Shown here: positions 11,870-22,769 of the stretch, one piece after another
How the letters are laid out: each line of letters starts with the position of its first letter
How positions within the stretch are numbered: the first letter of the stretch is position 1
Origin: Psammoneis japonica
Lineage: Eukaryota
DNA length: 64,000 bases
Assembly (NCBI GenBank): GCA_008632985.1
Contig: QPGO01000010.1
Location: 186,001-250,000, forward strand
Direction: 5' to 3'
Position numbers and translations under genes: made by a program
Notes under the pieces: model-generated
Seen by the model: only the letters and a program-made list of their open reading frames with translations
Database searches by the model: none
What the model was told of the DNA's origin: nothing

Positions 11870-13330
11870 ATGAATAGCCGAATGCCCTCTACTGCTCCTG
11901 CCAACGGGTGGTCTTCGCTCCAGCCGTCATTGAATCATCATCCGCACCAACTCTACACCCGCGGCGCCAGACGGCCACAGGCACTAGTATCGCAGCAGGC
12001 ACCGCAGGAGATGACGACGGAGGAAGAATCGCTGTTCGTCCATTCGTTCATGGATTGGATAAGCAGCAAAGATCCAGCGGCTGCTTATGCGATAAGAATC
12101 TGCAGTGACCGTCGAAGCATGGAAAACTTTCTCAACCACGCCGTGTCCGGCGATGAAGAACGCGAGAATTCAGTGATTCATTTCAAAAACGGTGCTGCCA
12201 CGGCTCGGGCGTGTCTTGATGAATACAAGTGGTACTTCCAGAGGCTCAAGGATTTTGTCGAAGCCCAACAATCGGTGCTCGATCGGGCGATGCCGGAAGC
12301 AGTCGATAATGTTCGCATGACGTTGGATGAGCTGCTTGCGTTGCAGCAACACACCAAGCCTAAAGTGCTCTCCCAACAATACTTGAAGCGCAAGCTAATC
12401 AAAGATGACATTCAGCTTCACACCGTTACTTCGAATCGCTTGGCGGAGTCCATGCATCTCGGTACGTTTCAAGACATTCAAGAGCTAGATAAGTCAGAAA
12501 AGCTCGAAGTGATTTGCTTTCTATCTGCGAATAGTGTCTGTCGCGTTGACGCTGTCAAGGAAAGCATAAACTTTGCCCGAAGCATCGATGCGGTCGATGA
12601 CGAGTTCCCAATGGATCGAATATTGGGAGAAACTGGTGATAACGAAGACACTCTCGACGTGTTTATTGCCATCTACCTAGGCAAACTGCCCGATTGGGCA
12701 CGATGCTTTCGCTTTATTCGGAGGAGCGACACGGATTCATGCCAAGGTTGCTGGCTTGAAAACACCATTGCCATTGTTCATGACATCAAGGCATTTCCGA
12801 ATACCAACATGCAGCGTCTAGCTGCAGCGTCTATCGGATTTGAACCTTTCAGCACGGTGACTTCAGACCAAGCCGAAGCTTGGTTCAATCAAGAAGGACT
12901 GGCGCCTTCGTTGCAAGCCTCTGCTCCTCGCCATCACCAGCAAGGACGGACTTCTTCATTACAGGCCGCTGTTGCAAGCCTTCGGTATGGGGATTCGATT
13001 ACTTCGTTGCAAGTCGCCGCCGCCGCTGCAAACCCGCAGCAACCGGGACTTACTGGCGGTCAGGGAGCTCAACCTCAGCCCACGGTTCAGTATGGCATGC
13101 AGCCTGAGCCAGACACGATGAGCTCTCATCAAGTACCTGAGCAGGTGCTTTCGGATAATGCGGTTACTTCTGGTGATGAGAGGAGCCAGCCAGCTCTGGC
13201 TGCGACCCGTACTGTTCGCTTTGGCGGAACAACTGTGCAACTCCCGGTGATTTCTGGTGGAATGCCTGCTGCTTCAAACAGAGAAAGCAACAATCAAGAC
13301 AACGATTCCTCGTCGCAAATTTCTAGCTAG
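11870..13330 (+). CDS. Hypothetical protein (~486 aa, apparently intronless)
   Basis: Long uninterrupted ORF in normal-composition DNA (Tyr, CpG and TpA present); globular-looking middle and Q/P/S-rich tail; no family recognised. Confidence 0.7.
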   Translation: MNSRMPSTAPANGWSSLQPSLNHHPHQLYTRGARRPQALVSQQAPQEMTTEEESLFVHSFMDWISSKDPAAAYAIRICSDRRSMENFLNHAVSGDEERENSVIHFKNGAATARACLDEYKWYFQRLKDFVEAQQSVLDRAMPEAVDNVRMTLDELLALQQHTKPKVLSQQYLKRKLIKDDIQLHTVTSNRLAESMHLGTFQDIQELDKSEKLEVICFLSANSVCRVDAVKESINFARSIDAVDDEFPMDRILGETGDNEDTLDVFIAIYLGKLPDWARCFRFIRRSDTDSCQGCWLENTIAIVHDIKAFPNTNMQRLAAASIGFEPFSTVTSDQAEAWFNQEGLAPSLQASAPRHHQQGRTSSLQAAVASLRYGDSITSLQVAAAAANPQQPGLTGGQGAQPQPTVQYGMQPEPDTMSSHQVPEQVLSDNAVTSGDERSQPALAATRTVRFGGTTVQLPVISGGMPAASNRESNNQDNDSSSQISS

Positions 13331-16300
13331 CCTACTTTTGCGTCAATCGCGTGTCGTACCAGTTTCCATGGTTGACGACAAGAACTTTTGGACATTGCAT
13401 ATTCCCTTCACTACTCGCATCATACAACTATGGTGCCATAACCATACTAGCATAATCTTTGTAGAATATTTTCCTCTACGAGTAAACCAAAGGAGTCTGT
13501 ACTTGTGCATTCTATTCGATCGACTTTGGCGTCGAAACAGAAGATGTATGCTTCAGCTATGTAGTACTTTCTATCTGCTGTTTACTGTCCGAGTTTTCGA
13601 AAGGGTGTTCACTTCCCCTCAATCTAGCCGGGTATATCACACAGTATCCAACTAGCTAGAGTAGATAACCAACGATACAATCGGTCAGAACAATTGCCGA
13701 TCATGCGAAAGCATCGTCGCATAATCGCTGAGCCACATTCTCGTGAGGCAAACGTGAGGAGATTACAACGACACCAACGTACTTAGTGTTTCCATATCAT
13801 TACTTGCCAGAACGTACCGTAGGGCCCTAGGCTTCAAGAGAATGAACATGGGGACTCAAGATCAAACGAATCATTTTCAAGCTTTCCTCCCTAGATAGGA
13901 AACCGCCAAAATTACAGCTCATATCACGGTAAACGTTCGAGTATCAAAAATGGAGATCAACACACTCCAGGCTACCAAACTAAAGCTACATCTTCAGCAA
14001 TGGGTGTACGTGCACCAGCTTCCCCTGATCCCTTGACACTAGAAGTATATCGTAATTACACGACTCGCACAGTCTCAATCATAAAAGGTTTGACCCAGGA
14101 CAAAACACAGAAAAAATCGCGACCAAGGAACATATCACCATATCATAGAGGCCTCTGGTGGCTAATCTGGCTTCAAAAGACGCGTCGAGCGTTTTACCGA
14201 CACACAGCAAGGTCTTCCCTCAACCAACATGACTTTGCATGACGCATCGTCATTGCGCATCGTACGCCATAGAGTCGAATCCAACCGTCTCAGTGTATTC
14301 CCTTCGTAATCTCGCTCGCAAAGTTTCTGGGTCTGATGAACTGATGAAATGGCTCTGATCTGATGAAGTGCTAAAATCAGGTCGACAACAGTGGCAATAA
14401 AAGGTCGTATCATTGAAACCACCGTACTGTACCTAGAAATGTGGGGAGGGAGCAGGAGCGGGGCATTTTTTTTACCTGGTGTGGGCAGCAGGTTTTGATT
14501 AACTCGACTCGAGCGAAGCGAGAGGAGTCGTCATGTCACAAAAGTAACCCGGATGTTAAAGTGGGGGAGAACTGACAACTGCACAAGCAACCATTGTCAA
14601 AGGCAGCTGCACTCAAGGACAAGGAACAACATGCAAAGCAAAATGCAACATGCAGACAAGGAGCTTGTGCAGAAACAAAGTGTCCAGCCACACCAGCACC
14701 AGTGGAGGAGGCCACAAGAGGAGGCAGAGCAACACAAGGAAGCAAAAAGAGAAAAGCCACCAGAGGGGACAAGAGCCTGCACAGAGGACAGCGGCATGTG
14801 CTGTGCCTTGAAGAACCAAGTGGAAGGGGTGAACAGAATGCCAAAAAGGGGAAATTGTGAGACTCTGTTTTGGGAGCTGAAAGCAAGCAGTTGTGAGATG
14901 CTTTGCAGCACAACCCAGCAAAAGCTCGTTGCCGCCCCGGCAGGCCAGCCAAGAATCTCTGTGTGTCATCCATGGCCAAGCAGCAGCACCCTGAAAAGTG
15001 TTTCAACACCACTTTGGGGTGTGAACCAGTTGTCATTGAGAGCTGTGCCTTGCAAAAAACTGCTCCAGTGCTTGTCAGCAAATCTCCGAGCATGTGCGAA
15101 AGCACCGGAGCTTGCTGAAGATGTCTCTCTGCTTCTGTGCGCTGCTTCTGTCAAATGAGAGCACAAGCATGTGCTCCACAACCTCTTTGCAGAGCTGGGC
15201 AATTGTCTTTGCAGCTTTGGTGTTTGGTGCAGAGCTCCAAGCACAGTGCTTTTCTGTGGCACCAACAATGTCACGGGCAAGAGCAGCAATGTCCGCAGCA
15301 AAAAGCAGCTCTGCTTGTTGTGTGTTGGAGCAGCAAGCAGCCAGAGCAACAACAACAAAAAGAAAAAGATGAAAAGAGCAGAAGTTCACAGGCATGCAGC
15401 ATCTGAGGTGCCCAGAAATGATCTCCAGCATGTGCCAGCACAAGACAAGCAGCGGCAAAAGCAGGGTGAGACAACAAAGGCTTGCTTTGATGAGGATGGC
15501 ATGGGGGGCACAAAGTCAAGAAGCTGCACAGAGAGAAGCAAGCCAACTTGATGCAGTCTTGGCACCAGGTGGTGGCTCAAGAGTGCACATCATTGTGCAC
15601 AGCCACTGCTTGTGAGGCACCAGCCAAGAGCAGCAGCAGTGCTGGCCAGCTCCCAGGAGCTGCCAGAGCTCAGCCGGCCTCTTGCATTGTCAACTCAGAA
15701 CACTTGCAAAAGAAGAAACAACAACAGAGAGACAGGAAGCAAGCAACAGCTGACAACAGCAATTCTTTCTGCTTGGAATGCCATCACATTTTCTGTGTTC
15801 ACTGTCCCAGTTGCTTGCGTTAGACTGGCGACATTTGTGACACAAGATCCGTCTTCTCCGTGCACACTGATGCGGCGGTGTAAAGCTGTGCTTAACTGAC
15901 TTGATTAAAATGACAAAGGGCAATGTGTGATGACTCAAAAAAGCACCCCGTCAAGCAAGCAAAAATTTGCCTTTATCCCCACTCGGGCAAAATGTCGAAC
16001 CACTCAGTGGTTCGCAACTTGTGCAACGTGAAACTGGCGACTGACACGACAAAGTAGCACCCACACACACATGACCTTTTGACAGAGTCAAGGAAACATT
16101 GTTGCCAGTGCATCATGTTGTCAGCAACCACTTGTGTGTGAAGCACGCAATCACTCAGAGGATGACCTTCCACATCAGCATTGTCGTCATGTGCGGCATC
16201 CCACACTGTTTGACGACCTGCCAAGGAGCGGCACATTCTTGGCATTCGTCTGAAGACCAGAAAGTGTCAATCACTCTTCAATGACATCCAACGCTTCTGC

Positions 16301-16699
16301 CGCAAATGTTCATTGATTTACACTTGCATGTTCATTTTCTCAATCACGGCCCACAATTCTCAATCTCGGCCCAGCAATTCTCAATTGTGGCCCACTCTCA
16401 ATGCACTCTTCTTAATTGTTGGGCAACAACTCAAGTTCTCGCGTTTGCTTTTCCATTTTCCTCACAAATGAATTTCTGTGATGCTGCAAATGACATTGCT
16501 GCTGTCAATGCCTGCGTGCATCAAACCAAAAAGACTCACACTCGCACACTGCCCCAGCACCACTTCCACAGGACCACGATGTTTGCGCGTTCATTTTCTC
16601 ATTGCGGCCCACCAATTCTCAATTGCGGCCCACTTTCTGCTCTCAGAGCTCCTGTTCCTGTGAGCTCCGGACCACTTGGAAGTTGGGTGGCAGCCAGCA

Positions 16700-17830
16700 C
16701 AGCAATGACAGCAGACGCACTGCCTGATGACAGAAAAATGGAACTGGAAAAAAGCGGCTTTGTTTGGGATGTTTTTGAAAATCTGTGGGAGAAACAGTGT
16801 GAAAATCTGTTGCTGCACATTGCAGTTCATGGAGACAGCAAGCATTGCAACTTGTTGTGCTTCAGTTCATTTCTTCTCTTGTCACAATGATCTGAGTGTC
16901 TTTTCATTTTTCTGCGCTTTGATGGGTTCCAGTCCTGGGTGGGACTTTTTGTGACATTGGGCCCACAGAATTCTACGTGCGAGCTCCGCAGTAAAATTGT
17001 CAAGCAACAGACATGTGAATGATCACCAACAGAAAAAGAGGCAATTTTGCGAATGCATCTCCTCCTCCACACTTGAAGCACATTCTTTGCAGCATGCCCA
17101 GGTGCGTTCTTCAGACATTAAAGAGTGCACCCAGCGCATTTTTGTTGTCACAAATGCAGACAATGGAAAGCCTTTGGCTTCGCAAAACAGGCAGTGTGGA
17201 ACAATTTTTTGTCATGGAACACGTAGAAATGTGCGCGCGAAACATGCGACGGATGACAAAAAACAATTGTGTCACAATTCAGCAGTGCGAGGTCCCACCC
17301 AGAGCTGGAACATGTCCTTTGCTGGCAGCATCAGTTCCCAGTGTGGATGAGATGGGTCTTGGGCCATGGGTGTTACGACAGAGGCAGGAGAAGGACACTG
17401 TGCCTTCTGAGAGACATCAAAAGCTGGACGATGTTGGATTTGTTTGGGACATTTACGACCACCTTTGGAATGAAAAATTCCAACAGCTGTGTCAGCACCA
17501 TGAGACTCATGGAGACAGCAAGTGTCGCCATTTGTTGTGCTTTGGCCACTCTGATTTAGTTGTCTGATGTTCCACTCTGTGCACTTTGTTTTTCTGGCAT
17601 TGCAGCATTGGTTCCCACCAGGACGGTTCTTGGGTCATGGGCAAACACACAGAGGCAAAACAAGGATGGCATGTCATTGGAATGACGTGTCAAAAGCTGG
17701 AAGACATCGGGTTTGTTTGGGATGTTCTCGACTGCTCTTGGAACAAGAACTGCCAATGGCTGTGCCAGTGCTGCCAGGCTCATGGATGCAGCAAGTGTGC
17801 CATTTGTGCTTGGGCTCCAAATGTGTCGAT
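16700..17830 (+). pseudogene. Decayed gene with three helicase-associated (HA) domain repeats
   Basis: LEKSGFVWDVFENLWEKQCENLLLHIAVHGDS, QKLDDVGFVWDIYDHLWNEKFQQLCQHHETHGDS and QKLEDIGFVWDVLDCSWNKNCQWLCQCCQAHG match the HA consensus (L..lGFvW...W...y..L..y...hG); LGxWV..QR also present; broken by stops and frameshifts. Confidence 0.85.
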
Positions 17831-18079
17831 GCATGTTGTTCTCTAAAAAAGAACCAATCATTTGCTGCAAAGACCAAAGTGAAAACATGAGCAAAGGCAC
17901 AAACAACATTTGACTGTGTGCTGTGCATGCCATTGAGAAGCATGAAACATGAAGAGTGCCTTTCCGCCAAGGCGTCCCACAACACCGGTGTGTGGCATTG
18001 TGCTCGCAGGCATCACCACAATGCTTCACTTCCAAAGAAGGTTTTTTCGGAAAAACATTTTCTGACTCAGTCTTCATGC

Positions 18080-19170
18080 TTCTAAGAACCCAACCTCGTG
18101 TCTTCTCTTGTTTTGAACGCGTCTTGGAACTCATCAAGACAATTGAGAACCAATGTCCTGCCGGCTGTGTCACCATTGTTGTTGAGCAGTGCTGCAATGA
18201 CCTCAGCCGTGCACAACAGGTTTTTGCCATGGTTGCCACCGCCAAATCGATGTCACCAACCAGAACAATCCTTTCGCAAGCAACACTGGGATGGCGATTG
18301 GGACGCAATCGTGTGGCGGGGAAGTTTTTGAAGACAGTGCAACTTTCGAAACATCCCCCAAGCTTCTTGCCAAGCACCATCCAAAATGACAAAGAGGGGG
18401 GCACCAGCCTCAACAGCAGTCTTGTTGCTGTTGTGAAGGGTCGTGTTGCCAGCACCGGTCCAAACCAATGTGGGATTCATTCCTTGTCGTTCAATTTGTT
18501 TCAAATTGTTTTCAATTGTCTTTGCATCATTTTGTCCAGACCACATCCACTTGTCAACAGCAACACACTCTGACAGCAATGACTCCTGGCGTTCGTTGCA
18601 ATGCCCCTCTGCCGCTGCAAAGAACAACCGCGCTGTCGAAGTTGGTCATTTCACTTTGTTGGAATGCTGCAGCAGAGCCACTTGCATGGCAACAGTCGGC
18701 TGTTTTATTGTGTCTTTGATGAAAAGCCGCGTGTCCTGATGCTTGCATTTCATGCGTTTTGCCACAAGCTCGTGCAACCTCCACATCCATTCAGGAACAC
18801 AGTCTTTGTCATTCATGATGGAAAAGCCAGCTTTTTCGTAGAGAGGGCGCAGCCTGTTCTTGGCAAAACAAAAGCAAGAGCACACACCGCTTTGCCGCAT
18901 TTTGTGGTCATGCAAAGCTTCTTGCATCAAGAGCACTGCTGCACCTTGACGTCGGTGATTCCTTGATGCACAGAGGGACCGCAGAAACACAAAATGAGAT
19001 TTGGCTGGAGAGAGTCGGACCACTGCCACGATCAAAAAATTGTTGTCCACAAGACTGTGTGCTTCATCGCTCGCCTTTGGAGCTGGAGAGGTCACCCTCT
19101 TTTGATTCACAAAGTGCTGTTGACAAAACAAATCCAATGACTTGCGTTCATTCTCATCCACCACACTCTT
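18080..19170 (-). pseudogene. Decayed GNAT acetyltransferase + DTW-domain (tRNA aminocarboxypropyltransferase-like) fusion gene
   Basis: GNAT part: FLRSLCASRNHRRQG...CFA...LYEKAGF. DTW part: VALLQHSNKVK*PTSTARL...FVILDGAWQEA.GMFRK...LQKLPR...SQCCLRK...LCTAEV. In-frame stop and frameshift. Confidence 0.8.
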
Positions 19171-20600
19171 GAAACGACACCAACAGGTGCTGCCAACCTG
19201 AAATGCCGCCAAGGAGACTTGAAAAAATGGGCCAACAACAACAGCAGCAACTTTACATTGTTGCTTGAAGCACCACATTCCAATGCTTCCATGGCTCCAA
19301 TGACGAGCCTTCATTGCCAACCGGGGATTCTGGCTGTTGTGGGTGACCGGGATGGGCATGACAAAAAGAGAGCAGAAGCAGATGAGAGTTACAATTGACA
19401 ACGGGGAAGATGACCTGTCATTTTCAATGTTGCATCACTCAGACTCTGATCACGGCATCCCTTGCTCTTCTTTCTCTGATGGCAAGAGGATGAAAACAGC
19501 ATGCACAACACATCATCCAACATCAGGTCAGCCATGCTCGCCAAGAGAACCCACTCATTTGTCGTCTTGAGGACGCCTTCAATGAAAATAAACAGGAGCA
19601 TTGTTGTCAGGGGCAATGCCTGCGATTGCACCTGGATCGTGTCATTGACAACGACAAAGTTCACATCACACAATGGCGTCTCACATTCCTGTCTGCTTTG
19701 TGGTGTGCATTTTGAGCGCACAGCAAGAATGAGTTGACCGGCGATTGCGTCCAGTCCCTTTTGCTTGGCAGAATCATTTGGGGACATGGTGGCAAATCTG
19801 ACTTGAACAACCGCACATTGGCAAGAGACCCGGAAGACACAGCAGAGTCAGAAAGCGACCCCAACAATGGTCCAGCCAAGGGAGCAGATGCAGAGTGGGC
19901 ATCAGCAGTGTGCAAAGATGAAGCGCACTTCAGGGCTGCCTCACGCAGCTTGCCACAGTGACAACCTTGAGCAAGGAGCAACGAGATGGCATCAAGAAAG
20001 TTGCAAAGGCTGCATCAATGGAAAACAGTGCTGTGGGCAAGATCAGATCCGGGCGAATGGCCTCACCACCATGATGGAACATTCATTGTCCATGAGACTG
20101 CATGCTTTGTTGCTTGCCTTTGGAGCTGCAGAGGCCACCCTCTTTTGACCCATGAAGTGCTGTCAACAAAACAAGTTGAACAACTTGTGTTCTTTCTCAC
20201 CCACCACACACTTGAAGCACACCGGATGTGGGTCATTGTGCCAAAGTGAAATGCAGAGGACACTTGAAAAAATGGGCCAACAACAGCTGCAACTTTACAT
20301 TGTTGATTGCAGCGCCACATTTTGATGCTTCCATGGCTCCAATGAGCCTTCATCACCAGCAACCAGGGACAACAATTCTGGCTGTTGTGGGCATGACAGG
20401 GGCAGATGTGATGAAAAGAGAGCAGCGCAGAAGAGAGAGTTTTGCTGCAGAGCAGAAAGACAACCATCATTTTTGAGGTGCAATGATGTTGCATCACTCA
20501 GCCTCTGATCGTGGCATGCCTTGCTCTCTGCTCTGATTGCAAAAGGATGAAAACAGCATTGCACACCCAACATGAGTTGCATGGCATTGCCCAAGAGTGC
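19090..20600. repeat. Duplication of the 5' end and upstream region of the GNAT-DTW gene (~19090-19550 and ~20133-20600)
   Basis: Shared caccctcttttga...aagtgctgt..acaaaacaa...acttgaaaaaatgggccaacaaca...caactttacattgttg...atgcttccatggctccaatga...gttgcatcactcag.ctctgatc. Confidence 0.88.
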
Positions 20601-22769
20601 GGCTCAGCTGTGCACAATTTGCCCTGATTGTCATCAAAAATCTGCTTTGATTTCAGAATCTGTGAGAAGCTCATTTGGGGGCTGAATGAAATCTGCAAGT
20701 CATTGACCACCAAGTGGTTGGTGATTGCAGACTTTTTCATGTCGTCGGGCAGTCGGGGGGTTGGGCAGTTGGGGGGGCGGGCAGTCCATCTGAATTTGAA
20801 AGTGTGTGTCCCTGGGATTTTGGAACGGCATGGGTTGTTCAGCGCAAATGAATCATTCGATTGTCAGAATGATCATTGAGGACATTGGAGGTCATGAGGA
20901 CATCCTAAAAAATTGACAAATTCCTGCAACGGGCACGTGGAACGGTTTTTTGGGAGAGCTCGAAAGTGCTGTAAAATTGGGATTGCCGGCGTGGCATGTT
21001 GAAAACTGCACTCAGCCTAAATGAAGACAATCAATCATGAACTGCACATGAAACAGTCACATTGGGGAAAACATGTCAAACAACAAGTGTGTTTGTGCAA
21101 TGCGCTGTTGTGGCAATAAATTGGAAAAAAAAGAGTGTCTGTGCACCTTGCTGCAGCCCCAAAAATGGCGTGAGACATCAAACACAATGGTCACCCGCAT
21201 CACCGGTGCGGTGGCCACACCACTCTGCTGCCACAATGCCGGCCATGGGCACTTGTGCAGCAGGGCCCTGCGTGTGCATGAGCACAGGCAACACAGCATG
21301 CAATGGCACACACCCACACCCACAAAGAAAGACAAGTGGTCAATGCTCCCCGCAGGCCTGGCTCTGATTGACTGCTGCTGACAGCTGACTTGGCCACAAA
21401 TGCGGTTTCTGTTTGACAGATGACCTCAAGCTTCTTTTCACAGAGCACCCCAACAGACCAACCAACGTTAACCTGAGTTGAAGGCACAGATGAATTTGGG
21501 GTGACAAGAAGCCTCTGTTTGTGTCAAGGGCTCATTCATGGTGAACAAATTGATTTTGACAATCAATTGAATCAGCAAAGCAGGAAACCAGACTCAAAGA
21601 AATTTGGTGTTCTTCTTGTTGCAGTGCATGGGCTCTTGACAAGACTTGTTTTAAGCTTGACAGCATGACCGCATCAACTGCGGGCATTGGAGCATCAGCT
21701 GTCAACCAAATGAGCAAAGCAAGAAACCATCTGTGCACACAGCCAAGTTGATCTGGTGGATTGTTGCTGTGTGCTGGCTGGAGCACTCTGACAATTTCAG
21801 CTGTCCAGTTGTCATCAGCTCTGGCGCAAATGATGTGGTTTTGGTTTCTGATGATGTTTGTTGTCTGCCCTGGCAATGTTCAACATTTGGCACATGCTCT
21901 GATGCTCTTGTGCTCTTGTTCCATGCTGTCATGCTGTTGCCTTTGCTTCCTCTGTTCTTTGAGCCACCACCCATTGTTTGTTGCAGTCTGACCCACATCT
22001 TGGTGTTTGTGTTCCAATCTTTCACATTTCAAAGAGAGTCAGTTTTTGTGACAGCTTTTCATTGCAAGACATGAAAGCAAAATCCTTGGAAGAAAACAGC
22101 AGAGAAGTTGTCAGTTTGGCTTTTTTTTCAAGCATGGCACAATGCTGCTGTTTCTGCTTGCCTGTGTGCAGTGGTGCAGCACTTTGTTTCTCATCCTTGG
22201 CCATTTTTGCCAACTTGTCCAAGTTTCAAGGGGGGGGGGGGGGATGAAAGAAAAGCATCAGTTTGTTGTTGTTTGCTCTGCATTGCCTGCGCCTGCTGCA
22301 CCACACTTCAGACCTCTTGCATTTCCCATGGCATTTCTTTGCTGGCATGTGCAGAGTCCTGGGTGTTGTTGGTGCCTTCCTGTGCAGTGTCATCATTGTG
22401 CACTGCTTGGCTGCATCCTGTGTTTTTGTGTTGTTTTGTGTGGTGGTGGATGTGCCATTTTGCCACAGAACAAAGCTGGCCAGCCTGGTGATCACTGCAC
22501 TGCCTGTGTCATTTTGCAAGTTGTGGCTCTTTTTGACAAGAGCCATGTTTGTTGATTTTGATTGCCAAAGCATTTTGTTCATGAACTCTCATTTGATTGG
22601 CAGCTGGGTGTTGAGCATTGTTTCAATCACACGCGCAGCACATTTCCAAAGAAGCTCCATGTCTCAGTTTTTGTGATCTCAACCAGCTCTTGTTCAGAAT
22701 GAAATTTTCAGATTTGTGCTGGTCTGTGCAGTTTGTTGGTGTCATTGTGCATGTGTGGATTCACAAATG

